Of a stretch of DNA of 64,000 nucleotides, positions 51,995 to 64,000 are shown one piece after another (position 1 is the first letter of the stretch; the number at the start of each line of letters is the position of its first letter). A program made the position numbers and the translations under genes. The notes under the pieces were generated by a model, which saw only the letters and a program-made list of their open reading frames with translations, had not been told where the DNA came from and made no database searches. The stretch comes from Octopus vulgaris. Lineage: Eukaryota. Where the stretch lies: the NCBI GenBank assembly GCA_951406725.2, contig OX597821.1:102424001-102488000 (forward strand), written 5' to 3'.

Positions 51995-52228
51995 CAGTCG
52001 GTGCTTCGGTTAAATTTGACAGTTTGCACAAAAGAAAAAGGAAACATAATATCCCATATCAAAATGAAAGTATTTCAAAAATTCTCAACTATAATATGCC
52101 TGGGAGATAACAATTTACTCAAAGTAGTCACCCTCAGCTCACACCACAGCCTCAAGGCAGTCGAGGAACCTGGTGCATGTGTTTTTCTGGGAAGATCTTG
52201 AATCACCTCCTTGATCTGGGCCATGGAA
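51995..52228 (-). mobile_element. Tc1/mariner transposase C-terminal remnant
   Basis: Minus frame CTRFLDCLEAVV*AEGDYFE* (stop at 52115-52117), typical of a Tc1/mariner C-terminus. Confidence 0.6.
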
Positions 52229-52351
52229 ATGTGGTAACAAAAGGGTTAATGGCAGGTAAACCAAAGAAAACTAAAGTAGTAGTAAGGATATATCTGCAAA
52301 TATTGTTCTTACCAAAATACTGAAATAGAGTAGCAGTGTGTGAACCTGAGT

Positions 52352-52704
52352 GAAGGCACATGGCTCAGTGGTAGAGTGTTGGGCTCACAATCATGAGGTA
52401 ATGAGTTTGATTCCTGGACTTGGCTGTGTGTTGTATGTTGTGTTCTTGAGCAAGACACTTTATTTCATGTTGCTCCAGTTCACTCAGCTGTAGAAATGGG
52501 TTGCGACATCACTGGTACCAAGCTGTATTGGCCCCTTTGCCTTTCCCTTGGATAACATTGGTGGCATGGAGAGGAGGAGAGGGTGGTATGCATGGGTGAC
52601 TGCTGGTCTTCCATAAACAACCTTGCCATGACTTGTACCTGAGAGGGGAACTTCCTAGGTGCGATCCCTTGGTCATTGATGACCGAAGGGGGTCTTTACT
52701 CTTT
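52352..52704 (+). mobile_element. tRNA-derived SINE-3
   Basis: TGGCTCAGTGG A-box, GAGTTTGATTCC B-box; homologous to 58670-59010. Confidence 0.8.
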
Positions 52705-53336
52705 ATGTGAACCTATGCTGTACTGCTGACCTGTCCAGTTCCATTAAGAAATGTTGCAGTAAGTTAAAGAAACTATGTAGATTAGACAAAGAGTGGTGTA
52801 AAGTTTGCTCACCATCAAAAGAAATTGTATGGTTTGATTAAATTTACTCATACAACAAAACCAACTTTGTAAAACTCTCAAAAAGTAGCTTTTGAAAAGG
52901 TAAATGAGATTATCTCTTAGTGAAGATCAATGCTTGAAAGGAAATCTTTAAAGTATTCAACACTTAAATCACAGACTTAAATGAATTTCGTATTCACCTG
53001 TCATTAGCATTGCTGTGCAATTTCAGTTGCTGTGAAAGGAAGTGGACATTATAATTGTTGGTCTATGAAGTAGACTCACATGAAGGAATGTAAGACAGTG
53101 TTATCTGCTGGCAATAATTCTAGTTAGTATTTATAATTTGCTAACTTAAACATTTTCTACCTTTCGAAATTTTGGTCTTTCTGCCTGTTGATTATATTCC
53201 ATACTTGGTATTTTCATTTTGTAGCTTAGTATATTTACATTATCTATTGTGCCCTTCCTTTTTTAAGATGGTAGGATGTGATTAGAGGTTGATTTGGTTG
53301 CTATTTTTAACTGATTGAGCAACAATATTGAGGCTC

Positions 53337-53368
<32 letters not shown>

Positions 53369-55168
53369 ACACATACACACACACACACTTGAGTACTTAT
53401 TTATTTTATCAACCTTGAAAAGATGAAAGGCAAAGTTTACCTTGCTAGGATTTTGAACTCAGTGTAAAACATCAGAAAAAATACCATAAGGCATTTTGTT
53501 TGACACGCCAAAGATTCTGCCAGCTCTATAAAAAAACAACAATAAAGACTTGCAATTTTTCTTTTTTAAACTCTTGTTATATTAACTGAAAATGAACGAT
53601 ATACACATAATGCTATATAATGAAATGTTTAATGAGAACAAGGAAGTCAAAATTATTATAATAATTAAATACACATGTGTTAATTTGTCAACACTAATTG
53701 CCAATGACTCACTAATTAATTAGTTAGTTGCAAGTAGTCAAGACACTGTATACTGTTCACTAATTAACAGTAGATCATATGGATCTTTTATTCCATCTTA
53801 TATGATGTACACCTCTGGTTCTATGGTACAAAACTCGTTTTAACCTTTCTTTTTAAAACCAACCTGTCTAAGACTACACCAAGTTCTATGAGACAAATTT
53901 CCCTTGTTAAAATGATCTAAATTAGAACATTCCGTCAAAATTCCATGTTAATTTATATTCTAAATACTAGCTTAATAACTAAAAAGTTATTTCACTATAA
54001 ATTCTTCCATCATTTTCAACAGATTGAAGCAAAGGGAGTGTAATTTAACAAAAATATGGTAACAAAAGTTACTGAAGTGTTCATATTTGTTTTAAACCTA
54101 TAGTGTTCAGATCCTTCTGTCAAAAGTAATGTATTATCTTGTAGCTTTGAGATTTTGATGAGGTAACTGTTAATTTTTAGGATGATATTGTAGGGTTGAT
54201 ATGGGAGGCCAAATCTGGCCAGTTTGAACATAAAATGGGCAGAATATTTGGGCCTGATATGGTCGGTTCAAATACGAAAGGGTTAAGCCTTTCATTATTA
54301 TTTTATATAAGGACCTTTTGTCTGCGTTTCAAAAACCAGCTGGGAAAATGAATTAGATATTTTACAAGAAGCAACAGTCAAACATTCCCCATCATGCATT
54401 ATCATCTAAGAAAGAGGGAATATTTTGAATAATGTTGTCCTTGTTTGCCTTTTATTACAAGTCTGCTCAGTCAAGAGCAGTAGTTGGGTCTGCTAAAGAA
54501 ATGCAGTTTCAACATTGCTCCTAAAATGATGTGATGGTATAGAATAAAAAGCTTTGTATAAAATAAAAGTTTCTCACTGAATAAATGCTTTGTGTCTTTG
54601 GAGGCTTAGTTATACTACAATTGTCTTCAGGAAGGGATTCAATTGTTAAAAAATTATGAAAGAACTTTTTTTGTTTTATGTTGCCAAGTAGTTTTGGCTT
54701 GGCTTTAAATTGATTTTTAGATAAGGATACTGACCTTTAAACCCGAAAGATCTACAGGTCAGGGATAACTGTTGGATACTTTAGAAACAATTCTGCCTTC
54801 CTAATATAAAATAAAGAAAAAAGGGTTTCAGGGCAAGATGTCTATCCACATCTGGAGGTATCCTTCTTCATGCATGAAGGTTTTTGGTTGTCTCTCTGAT
54901 TTGTTAATGCTGTTATACCAGCTTAGTGCTGGCTGGACTTTCTGTCAGGTTTAGTGGTCACTTTTGCCAGCAGAATAGATTGGAATAATGTGAAGTAAAG
55001 TGCTTTACCTAGGGACCAAGGACTGAGTCTGTGACTTTATGGTTGAGACCCCTATTGCTTCACACCTTCTCAGTGTCCCTTCTTTGAATTTTCAATCTAA
55101 TGTAATCCAATAATTCCGGGATGTGGGGGTGAGGGTGGGCGGTTTCCCACCCACCCTTTTTTTCCGAA

Positions 55169-55503
55169 CAAAAATAAGGGGTTTGCAGTATATTATGAGG
55201 TCAGGATACTTGATTCCATGCAAAAAATTTGAGTTTTTGTTTTTCTTAGTGAAAATCATGCAGGTGAAAAGAGAAATGGGTGTTGGGGGTGAAATTTCCG
55301 AGGTTTCCACCTCACCCCACCCCATTTTCCAGACCCCAAAATGGGTTTTGTAGCATATTATGAGGTCACCGGAATTCATTCAAGTCCCCCTCCCCCCGCA
55401 AAAATAAAGAGTTTGCAGCATATTAGGAGGTCAGGGTACTTGATTCCATGCAAAAAAATCTGAGTTTTTATTTTTTTTCTTAGTGAAAATCATGCAGGTG
55501 AAA
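55169..55503. repeat. Direct repeat of about 100 bp (55169-55269 / 55399-55503) in a GC-richer DNA-element remnant
   Basis: caaaaataa..gtttgcag.atatta.gaggtcagg.tacttgattccatgcaaaaaa..cttagtgaaaatcatgcaggtgaaa occurs twice. Confidence 0.75.
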
Positions 55504-56188
55504 GAATCAAATAATATCCAGAAATCTGTAGGTTTGAATCAGGCACAAAGGGATTTAGTTCAAGCAAATTTTTTCAACAATTTCTTCAAAAAGATTTCAT
55601 TACAAACTTTTGCAAAATATGCTAAAAAAAAACCCCAAAAATATTCTGTGAATCTCCTCAGCTGCAGAAGCCTTTGTATCAATGATGGCAGTTTTTTCTT
55701 AGCTTTTTGCTGAATTCACAAACTGACTGGTGGGAATAAAATGACCTGTTAATTTTCATCTCTGTTCATATACTTACGTGTGTGCGTGCATTACCAGTAC
55801 CATCTCTCTCTCTCTCAGTATGCCCCAGTATGGCTGCAGTCTAGTGACTGAAACAGGTAAAGGATATAATCAAAAGAAATTGGATGACAAAATTTTTTTA
55901 TCATGAGTAATGCTGTTTTTCGGATGTCTCACTTAAAACATTTAATTCCCATTTTTTCCCCTTTAAAGGTGGTAAGAAGTTTATGGTGGGAGATTTTACT
56001 TAAACATTGAGCAGGTTTGTCTTAACAGAAGCTCTGGCTTCTCTGCAGGCTTTGTAAATTTATCTGATATAAAAATATGTTGATCTGGGAAAATTACATG
56101 TTAGATTGATGACTGTCTTTTGAAACCTGATTTATGACTAACCTTTTGTACTTCTCTAATTGTATCTTTACTTTTGTTATTTAGTTTA

Positions 56189-56238
<50 letters not shown>

Positions 56239-56245
56239 GTTATTA

Positions 56246-57290
56246 AGGTGGTGAGTTGGCAGAATCATTAGCATGTTGGATGAAATGCTTAGCAGTATTT
56301 TGCTCATCGCTACATTCCGAGTTCAAATTATGTTGAGGTTGACTTTGCCTTTCATCCTTTTGGCGTTGATAAAATAAGTACCTGTTGAACAGTGGAGTTG
56401 ATGTAATCGACTCATCCCTACCTCCCCCCAAGCTGCATTGTGGCAAAAATTTTAAACAATAATAATAATAATAATTATTAAGGCAACGAGCTGGCAGAAT
56501 CGTTAGCACACTAGGTGAAATGCTTAGTGGTATTTCATCTGCTGCTACATTCAAATTCTGCCAACATTGACTTTGTCTTTCATCCTTTTGGGGTCAATAA
56601 ATTAAGTACCAGTGAAACACTGGGGGTCGATGTAATCTCCCAAAATTTCAGGCCTTGTGCCTATAACCAAAAGGATAATTATTATTATTATTATTAAGGT
56701 GGCGAGCTGGCAGAACTGTTAGCATGCTGGATGAAATGCTTAATGGTATTTCACCTGTTGCTATGTTCTGAGTTCAAATTCCACCAAGATCGACTTTTGC
56801 CTTTCTTCCCTTCGGGGTCCATAAATTAAGTACCAGTGAAACACTAGGGTCGATATAATCGACTAGCCGCTCCCCCAAAATTTCAGGCCATGTGTCTTTA
56901 GTGGAAATGATTATTATTATTAGTATTATTATTACTACTACTATTGCTGTTGTTGAAAGCAGTGAGTTGGCAGAATTGTTAGCATGCTGGGTGAAATGCT
57001 TAACAATATTTTGATCATCTTCACATTGTGAGTTCAAATTCCATTGAGGCCGACTGCCTTTCATCCCTTTGGATGAAGTAAATACCAGTTGAGTACTGTG
57101 GTCAAAGTAATCGACTATCCCCCTCCCCCAAATTTTAGGCCTTGTGCCTATAGTAGAAAGAATTATTGTTATTAGGTGAGCTGGTAGAAACATTAGCATG
57201 TCAGACAAACTGTTTAATGGAAAAAATATTTACCAGTTGTGCACTGGGGTGGGGGCCAATGTAATTAACTAGCTTCCCCTCCTAATATAA
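56246..57290 (+). mobile_element. Head-to-tail array of five SINE-2 copies separated by (ATT)n
   Basis: Heads at about 56246, 56479, 56696, 56958 and 57174. Confidence 0.85.
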
Positions 57291-57298
57291 CAGAAAAG

Positions 57299-57930
57299 AT
57301 GCATATGGATGAGGACAGCTGTGTAAAGAAGTGTTGTTCTGTAATTGTAGAGGGAACTTGTGGTAGAGTTACACCCAGGAAGACATAAGATGAGGTGGTG
57401 AAGCATGATCTTTGAACTTAGGGCCTCCCAGGGACGACGACTGGTGACCGAGACCTTTGGCGATATGCTTTGCTTTAGAAGACCTGTCAAGCCAAGTCAT
57501 AGTTGTGGCTGATGCTGGCGTCACGTAACTGGCACCCATGTCAGTGGCACATAAAAAGCACCTTTCGAGCATTAGGCCTCGCGAGGTAAAGTGGCCTGTG
57601 AAAAACACTTTTCGAGTGTTGAGCCTCGTGGTGGCAGTGACGAATGACCAAGACCTTCGGCATTATGCTGTGCTTGAGAAGAAGACCCATCAAGCCAAGT
57701 AAAATCGCAGTCATGACAGATACCGGTGTCATACAAATAGCACCTGTGCCAGTGGCTTGTAAAAGCACCCATTACACTCTTGGAGTGGTTGGCATTAGGA
57801 TGGGCATCCAGTCATAGACACCATGCCAAACCAGACTAGAGTCAGGTGCAGCCTTCTAACTTGCCAGTGTTGATCAAAATGTCCAACTCACGCCAGCTTG
57901 GACAATGGACGTTAAATGATGATGATGATT
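57299..57930 (+). mobile_element. Older RTE 3' end with ORF remnant, ending about 70 bp upstream of the 58000 exon
   Basis: HMDEDSCVKKCCSVIVEGTCGRVTPRKT*DEVVKHDL remnant and (GAT)n tail. Confidence 0.8.
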
Positions 57931-57955
57931 ATTATTGTTGTTATTTTTACCATTG

Positions 57956-57990
<35 letters not shown>

Positions 57991-57999
57991 TACTTCCAG

Positions 58000-58062
58000 G
58001 TCTTAAATGACACATTCCCTGATCACACATTTTTGATGAATGGACTTATTCAAGGAGTGAAA
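58000..58062 (+). CDS. MFSD14: MFSD14/HIAT1-like exon (VLNDTFPDHTFLMNGLIQGVK)
   Basis: Near-identical to HIAT1 VLHETFPKHTFLMNGLIQGVK. Acceptor ttccag|, donor AAA|gtaagt, 63 nt, phase 0-0. Confidence 0.94.
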
Positions 58063-58669
58063 GTAAGTAATATGTTGGTCTTATTTGCTTCTGTAAAGAA
58101 TACCCTGTGTTTGTTTGCCTGTGCCATTGTTCATGTTTTTTTCCTATCAGGCATGTTGCTTTCTTTTTATTTTTTTCACCTGTTGATCAAGTTCTCACAT
58201 ATTCACCTATTTGCAGTATAAAGCCAGTCTCATGACCTTAAAAAGAAAATCACGTTTCTGTTCTACTCCGCGTATATTCTTTCTATGTTGACCGACACTG
58301 AATTCCATTTCTCTGCTGACATGTGGGAAAGATACATCATTGTACCTGCTTATGATGTTTTTATTTAACCCCAAGTCAATCTGGATTGTGAAGACCTATT
58401 AATTGCATGAGTGTGATCATCTGTACGAAACTCTTTATGTCGAATTTTGTAAATTAATTTTATTGTCTTTTTTCTGCTGTACTCAGATAAAGTGTACAAG
58501 CTAAGGGTCGAAAACTTGTGACCCTGAGATACCTGCTCTTGATACAGGTGGGTTTCCAACATTGCAATGGATTCAGGAAAAGAGCTTGTAATACCTTAGA
58601 GTAGCTTCTGCACTTTCTGCTTGAACCAAAGCAACTCTGCTGTTTATTTCACTTATATGTGGTAATTGT

Positions 58670-59010
58670 GAAGGTGCATGGCTCAGTGGCTAGAGCGTCA
58701 GACTCACAATCATGAGATGATAAGTTCAATTCCCAGACTGGACTGTGTGTTGTGTTCTTGAGCAGGAAACTTTATTTCATCTTGCTCCAGTTTACTCAGC
58801 AATAAAAATGAAATGCGATGTCACTCGTACCAAAGTGTGTCGGCCTTTGCCTTTTCCTTGGATAACATCAGTGGTGTAGGGAGGGGAAGTTGGTATGCAT
58901 GGGCAACTGGTGGTCTTCCATAAACAACCTTGCCCGGACTTGTGCCGTTGAAGGGGAACTTTCTAGGTGCAATCACATGGCCTTTCTGACTGAAAGGGCT
59001 CTTTACCCTT
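58670..59010 (+). mobile_element. tRNA-derived SINE-3
   Basis: Homologous to 52352-52704. Confidence 0.8.
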
Positions 59011-59047
59011 TTTGTGACATTTTTTTTTTATATATGTAAGTATATTG

Positions 59048-59214
59048 TCATCATCATCATCGTTTAACGTCCGTTTTCCGCACTAGCACGGGTTGGACGG
59101 TTCGACCGGGGTCTGGGGAGCCAGGGGCTGCTCCAGGCTCCAGTCTGATCTGGCAGTGTTTCTACAGCTGGATGCCCTTCCTAACGCCAACCACTCCGCG
59201 AGTGTAGTGGGTGT
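59048..59214 (-). mobile_element. RTE 3' end
   Basis: (CAT)n tail and a variant terminal hairpin. Confidence 0.85.
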
Positions 59215-59681
59215 GTATGTATATAAGTTAAATGGTTCTACAAAATGATATGTTGGCTTGGTTTCTTGAGATATTTCCCTTTCGAAGGCCAGTTCAACCA
59301 ATCATCTTGCACCTTGTTTCGTTTAACCTGTCAATATTTAGATTACTCTGTCAAATGCAAGGCTTGTTTATTCTCATTGTTTTCAATAGATAAAGCATTA
59401 TCTTGTAGCTGTGCAGTTTCAACGATGTGATTGCTTATTGTTAGAACGACATTGTAGGGTTAGCGTGAGAAGCCCGACCTGGCTGGTTTGACCATAAAAC
59501 AAGTAGACTATTAGGGCAGGATATGACTGGTTTAAATGCTAAAGAGTCAATATCTTAGGGATTTAATGCTGAAGCAGTGTTTTATGGCAAGGCAGTTATA
59601 ATGTCCACATGCAATGGCAACTTCCATTGATGAAGTTGATAAACTTATTCAGTTGTAGCAATTGATAAGGATTTATGAAGT

Positions 59682-59849
59682 GCAAGCATGGGTTTGTGGT
59701 AAGAAGTTTGCTCTTCAGCTCCTGTAGTACTGGGTTCAGTCCCACTGCATGACACCTTGGGCAGGTGTCTTTTGCTATAGCCCTGGGCCAACCAAAGCCT
59801 TGTGTGTGGACTTGGTAAAGGGAAACTGAAAGAAGCTTGTCATATACGT

Positions 59850-59889
<40 letters not shown>

Positions 59890-60148
59890 AATGGTGTCTC
59901 TTTGTCTTGACATCATGTGATTGTTGTAAATGAGTGTCACTGTTGTACAAGTGGTGTCCTTCATTTCCAGTTGTCCGTGAAAATATATTCAGCCGTAGGG
60001 AAATATTACCTTATACCTGGAAACAGGTGAGGGCTAGTGATAGGAAGGCTTGCAGAAAATCTAGCCCAACAAATTCTGTCTGATCCATGGAAAAATGGAT
60101 ATCAAACTGATGGTGATGGTAGTGGTGATGATAATTATGATGATGATG
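59682..60148 (+). mobile_element. SINE-1 with tail B
   Basis: SINE-1 head, (TG)n(AG)n linker, RTE-like tail and (GAT)n. Confidence 0.8.
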
Positions 60149-61008
60149 TACTCGTCTGTTGTTATTTGTCAGATGGTTCTACTCAGCTCTAGTCATGTGT
60201 ATCTTTGTTGCAGAACTGGATAATGGACTGAAAGAGTAGAGGAACAACCTTTAAGTTTATGATAACATATCTTGCAGTTGTTTTCATTGCTTTCTCTCCA
60301 AAATAGCTTTCTTGCCAAGTTCATCACCTGCACTCTGTGGGAACTGTCCTTTTCTCTCACACTTTACCTAACTGACTTTGTTATCATAGAAACATTCTCG
60401 CTGCCAAAGCCAACATTTTTGCAACCTTCTTTGCCTTCAAAACAAATTCACTTTCTTATACTGTTTTGGCCCCACTATCCCAGCTGCTAAGTTTGCTGTC
60501 TAAACACTGCTAAACCATGGCCTTCAACAGCTGTTGATTCTCCATAATAAATAGATAAGTCAATTCACTGTCATGTGTTGCTCTCATTGTGGCATATTTC
60601 CTTCGACCACCCGCAGGCCAGACTACATTAAGAAATGAGTGTTGTCATTCACCTGATCGATAAACCTTCTCACGTTGAGAATCTTCATTACCTGTCACAT
60701 TCTCATGATGTCTTACTGTGACTTCTATTGCTATTATTTATTATTTACGGGCTTGCTTTATGCAAAGTAAGAAAATATTACTAGTGGTTTTAGTGTGTAT
60801 ATCTGTATACCTTTATGTACACAGACTATTATGAATAGTAAAAAGGTTGTTTATTCATTGGCAAACTCTTCAACATGTATTTGTCATTGTGTGTGTATGT
60901 GTGCATGACTTCTTTTTTGTATTGATTTTTACTGAAAGACTTTCTAAGTACATTAGTGTGTATATTAACTCCTTGTCTTCATCTTATTGCTCTTTCTCTT
61001 TATTTAAG

Positions 61009-61136
61009 GGTATGCTCTCATTCTTGAGTGCTCCATTGATTGGAGCCCTCTCAGATGTTTGGGGCCGAAAACCTTTCCTGATTCTAACAGTTTCCTTCAC
61101 ATGTGCTCCAATTCCACTGATGAAGATAAGTCCTTG
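61009..61136 (+). CDS. MFSD14: MFSD14/HIAT1-like exon (GMLSFLSAPLIGALSDVWGRKPFLILTVSFTCAPIPLMKISP-W); gene continues beyond the window
   Basis: Contains MFS motif A (GALSDVWGRK) and the HIAT1-specific TCAPIPLMKISPW. Polypyrimidine tract with tttaag| acceptor, TG|gtaagt donor, 128 nt. Confidence 0.95.
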
Positions 61137-61184
61137 GTAAGTATTCCTTTAATGCTATAATTTGCAATGAGTTCTGTTGATTGT

Positions 61185-61710
61185 GTTCTTAAGAAGCTTG
61201 CTTCCCGACCATGTGGTCTAGGGTTCAGTCCTACTGCGAGGAACCTAGTCTTCTATTATAGTGACTTGTGACTGAATGTGACCGAATCTGATAGATGGAA
61301 GCTGAAAAAGAGCCTGTTATGTATGTGTGTGTGTATATATACACACATACATACATACACACCATGTAAGGTGGTTGGTGTCAGGATAGCATGGAAAATG
61401 GACATTGGATGATGATGATGATGATGATGATGGTGTTATATGTGTGTGTGTGTGTGTGTGTTTATGTGTACCCTTATCTTGACATTACATGATGGTTGTA
61501 AATGAGCATCACTGTAATACAAATGAGATTGTTTTGTTTCCAGCCTTCTGTGAAAAATATATCTGACAATAGGGAAATTTTTACCTTGCTTGGAAACAGG
61601 TGAGGGTTGGTGACAGAGAAGGCCTCCAACCCTAGAAAGATCTGCCTCAATGGATTCTGTCTGTCCCATGCAAGCATGGAAAAGTGGACATTAAATGATA
61701 ATGACGATGA
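61185..61710 (+). mobile_element. Degraded SINE-1 with tail B
   Basis: Head gggttcagtcctactgcg; tail ending catgcaagcatggaaaagtggacattaaatgat. Confidence 0.65.
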
Positions 61711-61789
61711 GTTTGTGTATGGGTTGGAATACACCTCTTACATTCTTCTGTTGATTATCCAATGAAGCTTCTGCTCGATCATTTAACCC

Positions 61790-62136
61790 ACTGTGCCAGT
61801 GCCCCTGACTGGCTCCTGTGCTGGTGGCACATAAAGTGCACCATCCAAACGTGGTCAATGCCAGTGCTCCCTGACTGGCTCCCATCCCAGTGACATGTAA
61901 AAAGCACCATCTGAATGTGGTTGATGCTAGTGCCACCTGACTGGCTTCCATGCTGGTGGCACGTAAAAAGCACCCACTACACTTTCAGAGTGGTTGGCAT
62001 TAGGAAGGGCATCCATCTGTAGAAACGTTGTCAGATCAGATTGGAGCCTGGTACAGCCTCCTGGCTTGCCAGTCTTCTGTCAAATTGTCCAACCCATGCC
62101 AGCATGGAAAGTGGATGTTAAATGATGATGATGATG
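61790..62136 (+). mobile_element. RTE 3' UTR with 66-bp units
   Basis: Repeated gtggcac.taaaaagcacc, family terminus and (GAT)n. Confidence 0.8.
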
Positions 62137-62469
62137 TTCTTGACTGGGATCCATATGACCCCAAGGGGTCCATATAGCATTTTTGGGGGTCCATGCTAGC
62201 AAAATATTAAATTGAGGATCTGCAGTAGTATATTAAGCCTCCATAAAACAATTTTGCTTTAGATGTGTTTATTGGAAGAAACAGCTAAATTTCTTTCTCA
62301 AACGTTTTACAAAGTTCAACCTACAGAAGTTGAATAACAAAATTGGAATCACAAAAGATGTATCTATAGAACTTGCTTTTAAATGTCAAATGGCTATGGG
62401 GGTCCACTGGAATAGAATGGTAATTAATCAAAGAGGTCCATAGATAAAAAAAATGGTTGAGAATCACTG
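62136..62469. mobile_element. hAT/Charlie-like MITE with its left end clipped by the RTE insertion
   Basis: Right terminus ggttgagaatcactg, left remnant gttcttgactggg, internal ggggtcca repeats. Confidence 0.55.
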
Positions 62470-62594
62470 ATTTGATCCTTTCATGACTATGTTTCTAACA
62501 AATAGGTTGCTTAAGTGCATCATTAATTGGCAATATAAACTCAGTTGTTTTTTTTTTTTGGTGTCAATGGACTGAAATCTTTCTTATTGTCATA

Positions 62595-63881
62595 CGAGGG
62601 GCGTTCAATAAGTAATGCCCCTGACCCACTTCCCATACCAGTAGAGCAACGGAACTTGGCACAGTTATTGGTCTTTTTCTACATAGGAACCACTCAGAGT
62701 TACGCATTTCTCCCATCGTTTGATCCAGCTCTGGAGACCGTTTTTGTAAAAGACCCCAGCTTGGTCCTCCATCCACGACATGACTTTAGAAATCAAGGCT
62801 GCATCATCTGGGAAATGCTTTCCTTTCAAAAACAACTTCATGGCTGGGAAGAGGTGAAAATCAGAGGGTGCAAGGTCAGGAGAGTAGGGGAGGGGAGTTC
62901 ATAGCCGCACGCCTGTGCTTCTGATCTGGCGACACGCGAGTTGTGGACCGGAGCATTGTCCTGCAGGAGGAGGATGCCTTCGCTGATCTTGCCCAGCCTC
63001 TTGATTTTGATAGCTTCTCTTAATTTCCTCAAAAGTGAAGCCATAATAGGCTCCTGTAATTGTGGTACCCTTTGCCAGGAAATCTGTCATCACTACTCCG
63101 TCCTGGTCCCAGAAGACTGTGAGCATGACCTTGCCAGCAGAGGGCTGCACCCTTGCCTTCTTTGGAGGAGGTGAGTCACGGTGCTTCCACTGCATTGACT
63201 GGGCTTTGGTCTCTGGATCATAGTGATGGACCCAGGTTTCATCCTGTGTAATCAGTCTTTTGAAAAAGTTTGACTCATCTTCTTGGTACGTCTCCAAATT
63301 CATCCTCGAGCACTCGACGCGTTCTTGCTTCTGGAAAGGTGTGAGCAACCTGGGAATCCATCTGGCAGACACCTTTTGCATATGCAAATGGTCATGAATG
63401 ATAGTTTCCACTGACCCGGTACTAATCTTGACCTCATGGGCTATTTGGCGAATAGTTATGCGTCGATCTTCCAAAATGGCAGCCTCAACTTGACGGACAG
63501 ATGCCTCATCAATGGCAGAAGGGGGTCGACCAGATCTGGGAGCTGTTTCCACAGAGTTCCGACCATGTTTGAATTCACGATGCCAGCGTTTTACAAGATC
63601 ATATGGTGGGGCATCATCACCATAAGTTACTTTCATTTCATCAAAAGTCTCCCATGGTGTGCATCCTTTCAAATACAAAAACCGGATCACTGCTCGACAC
63701 TCAACAGGCTCCATTTCACACTTGACTCAGTTCAAACACCTGTAAATCAGAAACCATAATTAGTTCAGAGCTGTAATTTGCCACCTAATCTATAGAGATA
63801 TAAGTAATTGCACATGCAAAATTTCAACTAGATCAAACACCTGGAAGTGGGTCAGAGGCATTACTTATTGAACGTCCCTCG
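62595..63881 (-). mobile_element. Full-length mariner transposon (1287 bp)
   Basis: TA TSD (62593-62594, 63882-63883) and 39-bp TIRs with 2 mismatches (CGAGGGGCGTTCAATAAGTAATGCCCCTGACCCACTTCC). Confidence 0.95.
62665..63714 (-). pseudogene. mariner (DD34D-type) transposase with two frameshifts
   Basis: Motifs RSGRP, WIPRLL, ITQDETW, QDNAPVH and YSPDLAPSD lie across three frames; frameshifts near 63041 and 62890; ends GSYVEKDQ*. Confidence 0.92.
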
Positions 63882-64000
63882 TATAAAGACTTTAATACAG
63901 GCAGTCTTAGGCAGTGGCACCACCACTACCTTTATTTTCACTTTACCAACCTCAATTAACAAATGTGTGTATGTATATGTGCTTGAGTGTGTATATGTGT

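Noticed and set aside
62899-63714. Domesticated SETMAR-like gene
   Set aside because: Has TIRs, a TA TSD and frameshifts, and no SET domain; an ordinary mariner copy.

Overview
AT-rich, microsatellite- and transposon-dense animal genomic DNA. The repeat families resemble those of an octopus or other coleoid cephalopod, which is my inference and not a database result. The window holds the 5' part of one plus-strand gene, an MFSD14/HIAT1-family MFS transporter. Three exons are firm (36960-37052, 58000-58062, 61009-61136), one upstream exon is probable (22581-22652), and introns run 3-21 kb. The rest is mostly repeats: 5'-truncated RTE LINE ends with a 62-66 bp VNTR in the 3' UTR, several tRNA-derived SINE families, two near-identical deleted piggyBac elements and their MITEs, a full-length frameshifted mariner, Helentron-like elements, R4/Dong and L1/Tx1 scraps, and Penelope-like remnants. 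The most interesting observations: (1) two long palindromes centred on RTE 5'-truncation points, with the geometry of cDNA snap-back during target-primed reverse transcription; (2) a tandemly amplified H-type pseudoknot motif in the RTE 3' UTR; (3) degenerate minimal hammerhead ribozyme motifs; (4) one SINE head joined to two different tails; (5) a candidate poison exon. No CRISPR array, rRNA or bona fide tRNA is supported. Repeat boundaries were read by eye and are approximate unless a TSD or TIR is given.
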